A stretch of DNA of 64,000 nt, taken from the NCBI GenBank assembly GCA_965116495.1, contig OZ220696.1, positions 1,408,001 to 1,472,000 of the forward strand. Reading direction: 5' to 3'. Below are positions 39,052 to 48,697 of this stretch, one piece after another. The notes under the pieces are model-generated. The model did not search any database, had not been told where the DNA came from, and saw nothing but the letters and a program-made list of their open reading frames with translations. This stretch comes from Gammaproteobacteria bacterium. GTDB taxonomy: Bacteria > Pseudomonadota > Gammaproteobacteria > Eutrophobiales > Eutrophobiaceae. Position 1 is the stretch's first letter, and each line of letters starts with the position of its first letter. The translations under genes were made by a program, and so were the position numbers.

Positions 39052-39533
39052 TTCGAGCCTACCGGCTGGTTAAGCGCCGGCAGTCTGCAACCGCTTTCGA
39101 CGGTGAGGGCGCCCGACGTTTCGGAGGGCGGTGGAACAGCAAAGGACAGGCATGTATTTATCTTACGAGTTCCATCTCTCTGGGGCATCTCGAGATTATG
39201 GTCCATGTAAGTGATTATCACATACTGAGACAATACACCGTACTAAGTCTGGACCTGGAGGTAAGGGATATGATGGTGCTCCCGGATGATGCGCTTCCGA
39301 ACGACTGGCGTGACTATCCGGCGCCGTTATCGACTGCGCTTATCGGCAATGAGTGGTTAGCTGGTCGGGAGTCAGCGGTCTTGTCAGTACCCAGCGTAAT
39401 TGTCCCGTCTGAAAGGAATTATCTGCTCAATCCCCGACATCCGCGATTCACGGTAATTATCGGGACAGCCCGGGACGTGGAGTTCTCTTTTGACCCGAGG
39501 CTAGGGTCTACAGGCATTACCGGGGGATTCTGA
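39048..39533 (+). CDS. RES domain toxin (NAD+ phosphorylase/ART family)
   Basis: AYRL, FDGEGARRFGGRWNSKG, Y...LEIMVH, LSVPSVIVPSERNYLLNP, FDPRL. Confidence 0.92.
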   Translation: MIRAYRLVKRRQSATAFDGEGARRFGGRWNSKGQACIYLTSSISLGHLEIMVHVSDYHILRQYTVLSLDLEVRDMMVLPDDALPNDWRDYPAPLSTALIGNEWLAGRESAVLSVPSVIVPSERNYLLNPRHPRFTVIIGTARDVEFSFDPRLGSTGITGGF

Positions 39534-39559
39534 CACAACTGTTTCAGTACTATTCCGTC

Positions 39560-39587
39560 TTGAAAAAATATCGATGTTTTTTATAAT
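39560..39587 (+). promoter_or_regulatory. Putative sigma70 promoter with palindromic operator upstream of the Rieske oxygenase
   Basis: TTGAAA...TATAAT enclosing the near-palindrome aaaaatatcgatgttttt. Confidence 0.45.
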
Positions 39588-39635
39588 CACCGGAATTATT
39601 TTTCGTCAATAAAGTAAATTCCGAGGGAGATCCAA

Positions 39636-40760
39636 GTGTCAAAAACGTTTCTGAAAAATGCCTGGTATGCGGCAACGTGGAGCTATGAGGTAAAAAAGGA
39701 ACTGTTCGAACGCACCATCATCGGCGAGTCCATCCTGTTTTACCGCAAGGAAAACAACCAGGCGGTCGCCATCAACAACGCCTGCCCGCACCGCTATTCA
39801 CCCTTGCACCTGGGCACCCTGATGGGCGACGTGGTTGAATGCAAGTACCACGGCCTGCGTTATGACGGCACGGGGCGTTGCGTACACAATCCCCACGGGG
39901 ACGGCAGGATACCGGAAAAGATGTGCACGAGGGCCTATCCGCTGGAGGAAATCCATAACATGTTATGGATATGGATGGGCGACCCGGCATTGGCCGACCC
40001 CGCCACCATCCCCGATTTCAGTTGCCATACCGACCCTGATTATCCCTCCGTCCAGGGGGTTATCGAGATGCACGGCAACTACGAACTGATAACCGACAAC
40101 CTGATGGACCTGTCCCACGTCGAGTTCCTGCATAAGGGCATTCTGGGCAGTGACGCAATCAAGCGCGGCGAGCACGAACTGTTGCAGGACGGCACCACCG
40201 TCTGGTCGAACCGCTGGTGCCCGGACGGGCTGGCGCCACCGGCCTGGGACCACATGTTCAAGGACTACGGCAAGCCGGTGGACCACTGGTTATATATGCG
40301 CTGGGATGCCCCCGCCCACATGCTGCTGGACGTGGGCATCACCCCCACGGGCAGGCCGCGTGATGAAGGGATCTGGATGTACGGAACGGATATCCTCACG
40401 CCAAAAAACGAGACATCCACCTATTACTATTGGGGCGTAGCCAGGTCCCATGACAAGGACAGCACCGAGATGGACAAAATCTGGACCGGCGCTATCGAAA
40501 CCGCGTTCGGGACCCAAGACAAGCCCATGGTCGAGGCCCAGCAGGGGATGCTGGAATCACTGGGCGTCACCGACCTTGACGAAGTCGATCCTGTACTGCT
40601 GCCCATGGACAGCGCCACGGTGCGCTGCCGCCGCATCATGGATAAATTACGTGGACAGGATGGTGTTACATTGCCCGATCCCCGTAACCCGGCCCTGACA
40701 GACCTTGTCAGGAAAGCGAACGCCGAGGAATACAGCGGCAGGGTAGTACCGGTGGTGTGA
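39636..40760 (+). CDS. Rieske non-heme iron oxygenase, VanA/DdmC (O/N-dealkylase) family
   Basis: NAWY, CPHR...CKYHG Rieske motif, DNLMDLSHVEFLH mononuclear-iron motif, ILTP, QDKPMVEAQQ. Confidence 0.9.
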   Translation: MSKTFLKNAWYAATWSYEVKKELFERTIIGESILFYRKENNQAVAINNACPHRYSPLHLGTLMGDVVECKYHGLRYDGTGRCVHNPHGDGRIPEKMCTRAYPLEEIHNMLWIWMGDPALADPATIPDFSCHTDPDYPSVQGVIEMHGNYELITDNLMDLSHVEFLHKGILGSDAIKRGEHELLQDGTTVWSNRWCPDGLAPPAWDHMFKDYGKPVDHWLYMRWDAPAHMLLDVGITPTGRPRDEGIWMYGTDILTPKNETSTYYYWGVARSHDKDSTEMDKIWTGAIETAFGTQDKPMVEAQQGMLESLGVTDLDEVDPVLLPMDSATVRCRRIMDKLRGQDGVTLPDPRNPALTDLVRKANAEEYSGRVVPVV

Positions 40761-40767
40761 AGGGGAG

Positions 40768-40920
40768 AATTAGGAATTACGAATTAGGAATTAGGAATTA
40801 CGAATTGGGGATGTTACGTAACTGTGTGCTTTGATTCAATTTGCGGAAGACATAAGATGCATTGAAAAACCGCCGCCACGGGCGGCACATTCATTCCTAA
40901 TTCGTAATTCCTAATTCTTA
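40768..40920. repeat. Miniature element with inverted AATTA(C/G)G heptamer arrays (copy 2)
   Basis: 5 tandem heptamers + aattgg, a core ending gccgccacgggcggcacatt, inverted cctaattcgtaattcctaatt. Confidence 0.8.
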
Positions 40921-42460
40921 CTTCCTCAAATGCCGGTTTTATCTCGGTCTTCGGAGTCCAGTCCGGGCCGTACAGTCGTTTGTATCTTTCCGGCCGGTCC
41001 ACCGACCCCTTGGCGCCACCGCCCCGCCATAGATCATATTTTTCATCGGCATACTCATCAAAGAATTCTATCAGCCTTGCATCCAGGTCTGCGACTATTT
41101 CCCGGTATGCCGGGTCATCGTAGACATTCCGGTTCTGTTCTGGGTCTTTTCTGATATCGTACAGCGCCGGTTCGCCGGTAGAGCGCAGCCGTTTCCAGTA
41201 GGCATAATTTTCAGTCCTGATGGCCCTGGTCTCTTCCTGTTCAAAGAATACTGCGTCATGCCAGTTGTCTGTTTTACCGGTTAATGCAGACCTGAAGCTC
41301 TTGCCGGGGCTGTTGCCGAAGGTCACGTCGCCCAAGCCGATATAATCCAGGATGGTCAGCGGGATATCATACTGGCCTATCAATAACTCGCTGACCTGGC
41401 CTGCTTTGATGTTGTCCGGGTGTCTGATAATCAACGGAATATTCATGGCCGTTTCATACATACTCGAAGGCGTCGTCACGACAGTATGTTGCCAGAGACC
41501 GTGCTGACCATAGAAGTTACCCTGGTCCGAGGAAAAGATGACCAGGGTGTTTTTTTCCAGCCCTTTCTCCCGCAACGCGGCCAGCACCCTGCCTACGCCG
41601 TCGTCCACCAGAGTATTCTGGGAGGCAACATTGGCCATGGTGGCCGGGTCATTGTGCATGGCCAGTCCTTCGCGCAGCTTGTTCCGCAGAAAAGGGTTGG
41701 TGTCATCACTGAGCAACTGCTCGACCAGGTTTTCGTTATAGGCTGTCCGGGGGAAAGATTTAAATTCCTTGCCCGCGTATTCCTGGTAGAACCGGTTTCT
41801 TGCGGGCCCGTAGTTCGTGGGCGGGTTGGTATAAGGTCCGTCGTAATTCAGTTGCAGGTAAAACGGCTGATCGCCGGCGTAATCCTGTATGTACTCAACT
41901 GCCTTGTCCGTAAAGAAATCGACGATATGCCGGTCTTTTACCGGGTAGGTTTTGTCATTATCGATGATGGTGTTGTCCCAGAAATCAATGGTGTGGCCAT
42001 AAGGAAACGTAACCCAGTGCTGGTAGCCGATGGACGCTTTCCAGGGCTGGCCCAGGTGCCATTTCCCGATCATGGCGGTCCGGTAACCGCGGTTTTTCAG
42101 CGTAAGCGGCAACGTGCGGAATTCCGCCACGGCAGACCAGCTTTCCGGCCATTGGTCCAGTAACTCGTCATCCAGCCAGCTGTGTACGCCGTGCTGGGAC
42201 GGCATCAAGCCGGTCATCAAGGTGGCCCGGGTGGGCGAGCACATGCCGTTGACGGCGAAGGCGCGGGTGAACCTGATGCCCTCTTCGGCCAATCTGTCCA
42301 CGTGGGGCGTCCTGACATCCGGGTTGCCGTAGGCGCCCAGCAGGGAAGCAGCCTGGTTATCGGTCAGTATGAACAGGATATTCGGCGGCCGCTCTCCGGC
42401 AACGGCAATCCCAACCGACAGCAATAATGCGAAAAAACAGGAAAGATATGATGTTTTCAT
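40814..42460 (-). CDS. Formylglycine-dependent sulfatase (S1 family), secreted; C-terminus reads into a repeat element
   Basis: PNILFILTDN, CSPTRATLMTG (CxPxR), GKWHLG, SSDQG; signal peptide from ATG 42460. Confidence 0.92.
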   Translation of the reverse strand: MKTSYLSCFFALLLSVGIAVAGERPPNILFILTDNQAASLLGAYGNPDVRTPHVDRLAEEGIRFTRAFAVNGMCSPTRATLMTGLMPSQHGVHSWLDDELLDQWPESWSAVAEFRTLPLTLKNRGYRTAMIGKWHLGQPWKASIGYQHWVTFPYGHTIDFWDNTIIDNDKTYPVKDRHIVDFFTDKAVEYIQDYAGDQPFYLQLNYDGPYTNPPTNYGPARNRFYQEYAGKEFKSFPRTAYNENLVEQLLSDDTNPFLRNKLREGLAMHNDPATMANVASQNTLVDDGVGRVLAALREKGLEKNTLVIFSSDQGNFYGQHGLWQHTVVTTPSSMYETAMNIPLIIRHPDNIKAGQVSELLIGQYDIPLTILDYIGLGDVTFGNSPGKSFRSALTGKTDNWHDAVFFEQEETRAIRTENYAYWKRLRSTGEPALYDIRKDPEQNRNVYDDPAYREIVADLDARLIEFFDEYADEKYDLWRGGGAKGSVDRPERYKRLYGPDWTPKTEIKPAFEEVRIRNYELGMNVPPVAAVFQCILCLPQIESKHTVT

Positions 42461-42467
42461 AAGAATA

Positions 42468-43249
42468 TCAATACCATGTGAATGATAAAGGGTTGGCGCC
42501 CGGCGTCTCAAAGTAGTCCAGGAACCGGTTCAGTTCGGACAGCTCTCCCGTTAATGTCATGCCGCCGTTCAGCACCGCTGCCTCTATGGTTGTATTACCC
42601 GATAATACCTCGTTGAAGACAGGTTTTGTCATGTACAGAACCATGTCCATCTCGTTTTCCGGATCGGTATCGAGCTGGCAGACGCCGCGCCGTATCGTCA
42701 ACCCGTAGGATTCGTCCAAATCGGTGAATACAAACCCCAGCGACCTGCTCTCGGTCAGGGTCTGCTCCGCCTTGAGCCTGGGCGTCCAGGCGTCAATGCT
42801 CACATCAACGGGTATTTCCGCCAGGATATCAGGCGGCATGAATATGTTTGCCATTTGTTTTTGCGGTCTCCAGCGTATCGAAGCTGCCCTCAAGTTCCAG
42901 CGCCGAGGTAAGGTACCAGTTACGCCAGTTGATATTCATACTGGCGTAACCCAGTGGGTTTGTCCGTGATCTTGCGGAACCCGGCAAGAACCTCCCTGCT
43001 GGTTTCCGGGCTCAGGCCAGCATCAACCATGATGAGGCCGTCATCGCCGACGATCACGACGATGTCAGCCACGTTCCAGCCGACCGCGCTGTAGACACGG
43101 TCCGTTACCTTGTAGATCTTTTTCGCAAAGTGTTCCGTATGGGCTTTCAGTTCAGGGCGTATCGCCGGTTCCGCGCGGCCTGTTACGTCGGCATGGCAAT
43201 GCAGACCGATGAGGTTGGCAACGATGAAGCAGGAAAATAATTTATTCAT
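42468..43249 (-). pseudogene. Alkyl/aryl sulfatase (SdsA1/BDS1 MBL family) pseudogene: internal deletion plus frameshift
   Basis: N-terminal part (KVTDRVYSAVG...VDAG...KITDKP) is joined out of frame to the end of the dimerisation domain (LGYASMNINWRNWYLTSALELEG). A further frameshift in an A-run near 42860 precedes the SCP2-like C-domain; the HxHxDH core is missing. Confidence 0.8.
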
Positions 43250-43322
43250 GAATTAAGGGATCTTTTGCCACAGAGGGCACAGAGTATATAGAATAACTTG
43301 CGGTGTATCGATGTTGCTTGGA

Positions 43323-43436
43323 GTGAATGGGGTCAGGTCGCACAATGCACACCAGTGTGGACATCGGGTCGAGGAATGAAACAAATTACCGGTGTGCATT
43401 GTGCGACCTGACCCCATTCACTTGACCCCATTCACT
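43323..43436. repeat. REP-like miniature inverted repeat
   Basis: Perfect 31-bp IR gtgaatggggtcaggtcgcacaatgcacacc (43323-43353) / 43391-43421, plus an extra tgaccccattcac. Confidence 0.8.
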
Positions 43437-43461
43437 CTGTTAAACTGCAGCGGAAATGGCG

Positions 43462-43944
43462 ATGAAACGCAGAGATTTTCTTCAATTAACCCTATCCCTG
43501 GCATTTGCTTCCCTGGGCGGCCGCGCCGGCGCGAAGGGAGGCGCGGCCGGGATACCGGGCAACAATGGCGAGGTATTATCCGGTGTCGTCTATCAACTGT
43601 TCCCCCATGAACGGTTAAACAAGGATGTTTACGAGCAGGTAACGGAGCAACTGAGCGGCAAGATCGGTCAATCCGCCGAACTGACGGCGATGATGGACGA
43701 CGCGCTGGAGATCCTGGCAGGTAACGGCAATGAACGATGGCCGGAACTGACGCAACAGCAGAAGGCGGCTTCGCTTGAGAAAATACAACAGACACCATTC
43801 TTCCGGTTTATCCTGAATGAAACCCTGGGCGGGATATACCAGCACCCCCGCACCTGGGAACTGTTGGGATTTGAAGGCTCGTCCCTGGAGTTCGGTGGCT
43901 ACATCAACAGGGGCCTGGACGATATTGACTGGCTGCCTGAATAG
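43462..43944 (+). CDS. Tat-exported small subunit (gluconate 2-dehydrogenase subunit 3-like)
   Basis: MKRRDFL twin-arginine motif; IYQHPRTWELLGFEG...GGYINRGLDDIDWL; upstream of the GMC gene. Confidence 0.82.
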   Translation: MKRRDFLQLTLSLAFASLGGRAGAKGGAAGIPGNNGEVLSGVVYQLFPHERLNKDVYEQVTEQLSGKIGQSAELTAMMDDALEILAGNGNERWPELTQQQKAASLEKIQQTPFFRFILNETLGGIYQHPRTWELLGFEGSSLEFGGYINRGLDDIDWLPE

Positions 43945-43964
43945 CTTGAGACATTTAGAGAAGA

Positions 43965-45521
43965 ATGACGAAATTCTCACTGAATGACTCTTCCGTGGTT
44001 GTAGTCATCGGCTCCGGCGCCGGCGGCGGGACAGTGGCCGACGTACTCTCCAACAACGGGGTTGGCGTCGTCTGCCTTGAAGCCGGCGGACGGCTGGATC
44101 CCGCGGATATTGTCACCAACGAAGCCGAGATGTTCGACAAGCTCACCTGGCTGGATGAAAGACAGGGCAGCGGTATTGCCTCGCCCCCTTTCCCCGTCTG
44201 GAACTGCAAGACCGTGGGCGGTACGACCGTACACTGGACCGCGACCAGCGTACGCTTGTCTCAACACGAATTTAACGCACGCAGCCACTACGGTGATATG
44301 GCAGGTGCGACACTGGCCGACTGGCCGGTGAAGCTTGCCGATCTTGAACCCTGGTACTCGGTTGCCGAAGACCGGCTGGGTGTGACCGGGACACACGGTA
44401 TCGAACGGCTGCCCGCCAGCAATAATTTCCTCGTGTTCGAAGCCGGGGCAAAACGCTGCGGTTACAAGGAAATCAATACCGGTAACCTGGCCATTAACCC
44501 GGCGCCGCGGGACGGCAGGGGCAGTTGCCTGCAACTGGGGTTTTGCACCAGCGGCTGCGCGGTGGGGGCGAAATGGTCGACCCTGTATAGCGACATTCCC
44601 TCGGCGGAACAAAGCGGCCATTTTGAATTAAGGACTGAAGCAATGGCGGTAAAGCTGAACCATGACAACAATGGCAGGGTAACCGGCGTCGACTACCTGG
44701 ACAGTGGCGGCAAGCTGCATACCCAGGCATCCCGGGCGGTCTGCGTGGCAGGAAATACCGTTGAGACGACCCGGTTGCTGCTGAACTCCCGATCCGGACA
44801 ATTCCCCAGCGGCCTGGCGAACCGCAGCGGCCAGGTAGGCCGGAACTACATGCGGCACGTCATGGCGGGGGTGGTCGGGGTAATGCCCGGGCAGGTCAAC
44901 CTGTACCGCGGCGCGCACCAGGCGGGAATAATTTATGACGAGCGCCACCATGACGAGGCGCGCGGATTTTCCGGCGGTTTTTTGTTTGAGACGGTAAATT
45001 TTACGCCGGAATCCATGGCCCGGTTTCTACGGCCCGGAGGCTGGGGAAAGGAATACGCAAAACTGCTTGAGCAGTACGGGCGGATGGCAGCCATGCTAAT
45101 CGTGGGCGAGGACCCGCCGATGGCCGCTAATTCGATAAGCCTGCACCCGACGCGCAAGGACCGCTACGGCCTGCCTGTGCCGGTCATTCACTACGAACAT
45201 CATGACAACTCGAAGAAGATGCTGCGCTACGGGTTGGACCGGGGACGCAGGATATACGAGGCGCTGGGAGCCGAACAGGTGGTGGAAATGGTGGACGTGT
45301 TCCCCGCTACCCACAATATGGGTACTGCACGCATGGGCAACGACCCGGCCACCAGTGTCTGTAACCAATGGGGACAAACCCATGACCTCGACAACCTGTT
45401 CATCAGCGACGGCAGCCTGTTCCCTACCTCAGGCTGCGCCAACCCGACGCTGACCATTATTGCGCTGGCGTTGCGGCAGGCGGAGTACCTGGCCTCGCAG
45501 ATACAGTCAAATGCGATTTAG
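43965..45521 (+). CDS. GMC family oxidoreductase flavoprotein subunit
   Basis: IGSGAGGG, VGGTTVHW, CxxxGxCxxGC [3Fe-4S]-like motif, HNMGTARMG, NPTLTIIALALR. Confidence 0.92.
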   Translation: MTKFSLNDSSVVVVIGSGAGGGTVADVLSNNGVGVVCLEAGGRLDPADIVTNEAEMFDKLTWLDERQGSGIASPPFPVWNCKTVGGTTVHWTATSVRLSQHEFNARSHYGDMAGATLADWPVKLADLEPWYSVAEDRLGVTGTHGIERLPASNNFLVFEAGAKRCGYKEINTGNLAINPAPRDGRGSCLQLGFCTSGCAVGAKWSTLYSDIPSAEQSGHFELRTEAMAVKLNHDNNGRVTGVDYLDSGGKLHTQASRAVCVAGNTVETTRLLLNSRSGQFPSGLANRSGQVGRNYMRHVMAGVVGVMPGQVNLYRGAHQAGIIYDERHHDEARGFSGGFLFETVNFTPESMARFLRPGGWGKEYAKLLEQYGRMAAMLIVGEDPPMAANSISLHPTRKDRYGLPVPVIHYEHHDNSKKMLRYGLDRGRRIYEALGAEQVVEMVDVFPATHNMGTARMGNDPATSVCNQWGQTHDLDNLFISDGSLFPTSGCANPTLTIIALALRQAEYLASQIQSNAI

Positions 45522-45532
45522 CCGAGCCCGGC

Positions 45533-45558
45533 CGGGGACAGATTTAAATCTGTCCCCG
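45533..45558. repeat. REP-like perfect palindrome, possible bidirectional terminator
   Basis: cggggacagatttaaatctgtccccg between convergent genes; two more copies at 61495-61565. Confidence 0.75.
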
Positions 45559-45589
45559 TTCTATTCAGGAGCAGCCGTGTTATTGATGT

Positions 45590-46051
45590 TTACTGGGTTC
45601 CTGCTTCCGCAGGAACGACGGACCCCCGGCGCCGTTTTTCTATATCTTCCAGCAGGCGGTCGCGCTCGCTGCCCACGGTATTTCCGCCGCGATACTCGGT
45701 GCCGTCTTCCGTCACGATCAGCTTCCAGTCCATCTTGTGGCCGCCGTCCCGCGCCGGGTTCCCGGTGATCTTAATCACGTCTCCGGGTTGCAGCGTATCC
45801 TTGTCCCACCCCCTGCGCCGCAAAATGGCCGAAGCATTTCCTTCCGCGAACCAGTGCTGGACCTCACCGTCAGGGGGCGTGACATCGAAATAGATGCGGG
45901 CGTGGGGATTGATCAGGCGGAACTTCGTCACCACGCCGGTAACGGTTATCAGTTCGCTGACTATGTAGTGTGACTCCGGACTGTGATGCGCGAACGCCGG
46001 CGAGCCGAACAGCACTGCCGTAATAAAAGATGCAACCAGTAAATTTTTCAT
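45590..46051 (-). CDS. DUF6152 family secreted protein
   Basis: Signal peptide ending AFA-HHS; GVVTKFRLINPHARI...W..EG...L.RRGW...LQPGD. Confidence 0.78.
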   Translation of the reverse strand: MKNLLVASFITAVLFGSPAFAHHSPESHYIVSELITVTGVVTKFRLINPHARIYFDVTPPDGEVQHWFAEGNASAILRRRGWDKDTLQPGDVIKITGNPARDGGHKMDWKLIVTEDGTEYRGGNTVGSERDRLLEDIEKRRRGSVVPAEAGTQ

Positions 46052-46077
46052 AAACGACCCCTCGTGATCATGATGCA

Positions 46078-46911
46078 CTAATACTCTCCGGTGATCGCCT
46101 CACACACGAACTCCTCAAGCTCCCAACCAGGCGCAGGCAAGAAACTTCTCTGGTTGTCATAGGGTGCACGAAAATGTACCGGGTCGATGATGGCCAGTTC
46201 CAGGTCCAGCCTGCCGTTGCCGGCATTCAGTGTATAGCGTTCGATAAAGCGCGTGTCCTTATCGGGAGCAATCGCGCCGCCGCCGGGGACACCAATCATG
46301 TTAGGAATAACGTGGGTCGTCTCCACTACCAGGGTTGACCCCTCGTACCGGCCGGTCGAATGTCCGAGCCGTGTCAGTGGCGAGTCGGGAGGGCTCGCCC
46401 TTCCATCCAGGTATACCGTCCTCACGGCATTCCAGTATTCGTAACGGAAAACGACCCTATCGTCGAACTGCTCAATCTGCATGGGCACAGGCGCCAGGAT
46501 CTGGTGGCGCAAGCTGTCGCCCTCCGGGGTGCAGTCCAGGGCCGCGCCTTTCGCAGGGTCGTATTCCGACTGTTTTTTCCGGGCGAGCGGGGTAAGCAGG
46601 TCCTTATTCTGCTGTTTCACATAGTCCTGCATCTCGTAAAACAGTTCTTTCACGGTCCGGTCGTCGTTACCGGGGTCTGCCAGCAGGCTTTGCAGGTACT
46701 TGAACCCTGCCATGGAACACCCCGAACGGGAGCAGGCCAGGTCCTCAACGCGCCAGCGTTCATCGTCTGGTGAAAGCAATGCGTTGGTCCAGACACCCGA
46801 AATATCCGGTCTGCTATCCTCCCCGGCAAGGCCTGCGCCATGGGCGAAGGTTGTCATTACAACCACTGCAGTGATGTTGAAGTATTTTCCGAACATCTTC
46901 GATATTTCCAA
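46078..46911 (-). CDS. Secreted hypothetical protein (typical DUF6152 partner)
   Basis: PDISGVW, C-x-P-x-G, VRTVYLDG, GHSTGRYEGSTLVVET, IERY, C-terminal EFVCE. Confidence 0.75.
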   Translation of the reverse strand: MEISKMFGKYFNITAVVVMTTFAHGAGLAGEDSRPDISGVWTNALLSPDDERWRVEDLACSRSGCSMAGFKYLQSLLADPGNDDRTVKELFYEMQDYVKQQNKDLLTPLARKKQSEYDPAKGAALDCTPEGDSLRHQILAPVPMQIEQFDDRVVFRYEYWNAVRTVYLDGRASPPDSPLTRLGHSTGRYEGSTLVVETTHVIPNMIGVPGGGAIAPDKDTRFIERYTLNAGNGRLDLELAIIDPVHFRAPYDNQRSFLPAPGWELEEFVCEAITGEY

Positions 46912-47000
46912 TAACTACGATAAGTTACAGAGTATAACAGGGATCATTCGAGCTGCGACGCCGGTAGCTGAAAATCAATGGGCCCGGGTTCCATTTGATT

Positions 47001-48665
47001 TTACCCTGTAGATTTTTGCAGCCTGCGCTTCAGCAGTCCCCTGGCGATAATGTTTGCCTGGATCTCCGCGGAACCTTCGAAGATGCTCAATACCCTGGCA
47101 TCGCATAATACCCTCGAGATCTCGAACTCTGTGGCATAGCCGTTGCCTCCATGGATCTGCAAGGCGTTATCCGCGCAGGACCAGGCTACCCGTGCGCTCA
47201 ACATTTTCGCCATGCCCGCCTCGACGTCACAACGCCGCCCCGTATCTGCCTGACGCGCGGCAAAATAAACCAGTTGCCGCAATAACATGATCTCGGCCGC
47301 CATCCAGCCGATCTTGCCGGCCACCCTGGGAAAGGCCAGAATGGGTTTGCCGAACTGTACGCGCTGCCGGGCATAGTCCAGGGCCAGTTCCAGCGCGTTC
47401 TGCGCGACGCCCACAGCGCGCGCCGCGGTCTGCAACCGCCCCGCTTCAAAAGACGCCATGAGTTGCCTGAACCCCTGCCCTTCAACCCCTCCCAGCAACC
47501 CGTCCGGGTTTGCCCTGCAACCGTCAAAACTGATCTCGTATTCCTTCATGCCGCGGTACCCGAGTACCGGAATTTCACTGCCGCTCATTCCCTGCAACGG
47601 AAATGGCTCGGCGTCGGTCCCGCCCGGCTTGTCCACGAGAAACATGCTCAATCCCCGGTATCCCTTTTCCGTGGGGTCGGTGCGCGCCAGCAGGACCATC
47701 AGGTTGGCCCTTCCTGCATGAGTGCTCCAGGTCTTGTTGCCGGTTATCCCGTAACAATCCCCGGCCTTCACGGCCCTGGTCTTCAACCCCGCAAGGTCGG
47801 ATCCGGCATCGGGTTCGGTCACCAGCACCGCGGGCAGTATGTCGCCGGATGCAATCCCGGGCAGGTATCGTCTCTTCTGCTCTTCGGTCCCGGCCTTCAG
47901 TATCAATTCCGCGGCAATCTCGGAACGGGTGGCAAGCGAGCCCACACCGAGATATCCCCTGCTCAACTCTTCCGTGATGACGCACATCGCGAGCTTGCCT
48001 AAAGCATGGCCGCCGTATTGTTCCGGGATACAGACCGCGAAAACCCCCATTTCAGCCAGTTGGCGGATCAGGCCGGACGGGATAAGACTGTCTTGCCGGT
48101 GCCATACACCCGCCTGCCCGGCTATTTCTTCATCTGTAAAACGGCGGAACTGCTCCCTGACCAGGGTCAACGTCGGATCCAGGGTTGGATCAACTGGCTG
48201 TTCTCCGCCGGCCAGCAACTCAGCAATCCGCACACGGTTTTCAATGGTGTTGCCGTCCCTGATCAACTGGTTAATGGAGTCATCGGCCATCAGTTCAGGC
48301 AGGATTGCCGGGGACAGGACGTCACCGGGACGGAATACCTCGTCCTGGCTCATGGCAATACCGTGCAGCAACTGCTGCAGGTAAGCGCCTGTCCCTGTCT
48401 TGAAGACGGCCTGGTCCAGTTCCGTAAATCCGCCCTGCTCCAGTAACCGCCCGGACCAGTCCGCCAGTTGTCTCAGCGCCTCCAGGTACGTCGCCGCCCA
48501 GGCGTAGCCGTGGGAGGCGAACTGGTGCTTTTCAAGGGACGGCGCATGAACGGCATTATCCCTGACCACCTTCCCTGCCAGGGCTTCCAGGTAACCGTGC
48601 ACCAGCCTTTCAATGCCGCTGATGGCATGCTCTGCTTGCTGTAACCGTTCTTCCACAGGGATCAT
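47001..48665 (-). CDS. mcd: Acyl-CoA dehydrogenase, (2S)-methylsuccinyl-CoA dehydrogenase-like
   Basis: Mcd-type N-terminal extension (HGYAWAATYLEALRQL), EELSRGYLGVGSLATRSEIA, TEPDAGSDL, VLGYRGMKEY, IFEGSAEIQ. Confidence 0.8.
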   Translation of the reverse strand: MIPVEERLQQAEHAISGIERLVHGYLEALAGKVVRDNAVHAPSLEKHQFASHGYAWAATYLEALRQLADWSGRLLEQGGFTELDQAVFKTGTGAYLQQLLHGIAMSQDEVFRPGDVLSPAILPELMADDSINQLIRDGNTIENRVRIAELLAGGEQPVDPTLDPTLTLVREQFRRFTDEEIAGQAGVWHRQDSLIPSGLIRQLAEMGVFAVCIPEQYGGHALGKLAMCVITEELSRGYLGVGSLATRSEIAAELILKAGTEEQKRRYLPGIASGDILPAVLVTEPDAGSDLAGLKTRAVKAGDCYGITGNKTWSTHAGRANLMVLLARTDPTEKGYRGLSMFLVDKPGGTDAEPFPLQGMSGSEIPVLGYRGMKEYEISFDGCRANPDGLLGGVEGQGFRQLMASFEAGRLQTAARAVGVAQNALELALDYARQRVQFGKPILAFPRVAGKIGWMAAEIMLLRQLVYFAARQADTGRRCDVEAGMAKMLSARVAWSCADNALQIHGGNGYATEFEISRVLCDARVLSIFEGSAEIQANIIARGLLKRRLQKSTG

Positions 48666-48697
48666 TCTATATAATAGAGTTTTCCGGGCAAGGAACT

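Noticed and set aside
26938-39533. Prophage, ICE or transposon
   Set aside because: No integrase, transposase, tRNA target, terminal repeats, or structural/conjugation genes seen
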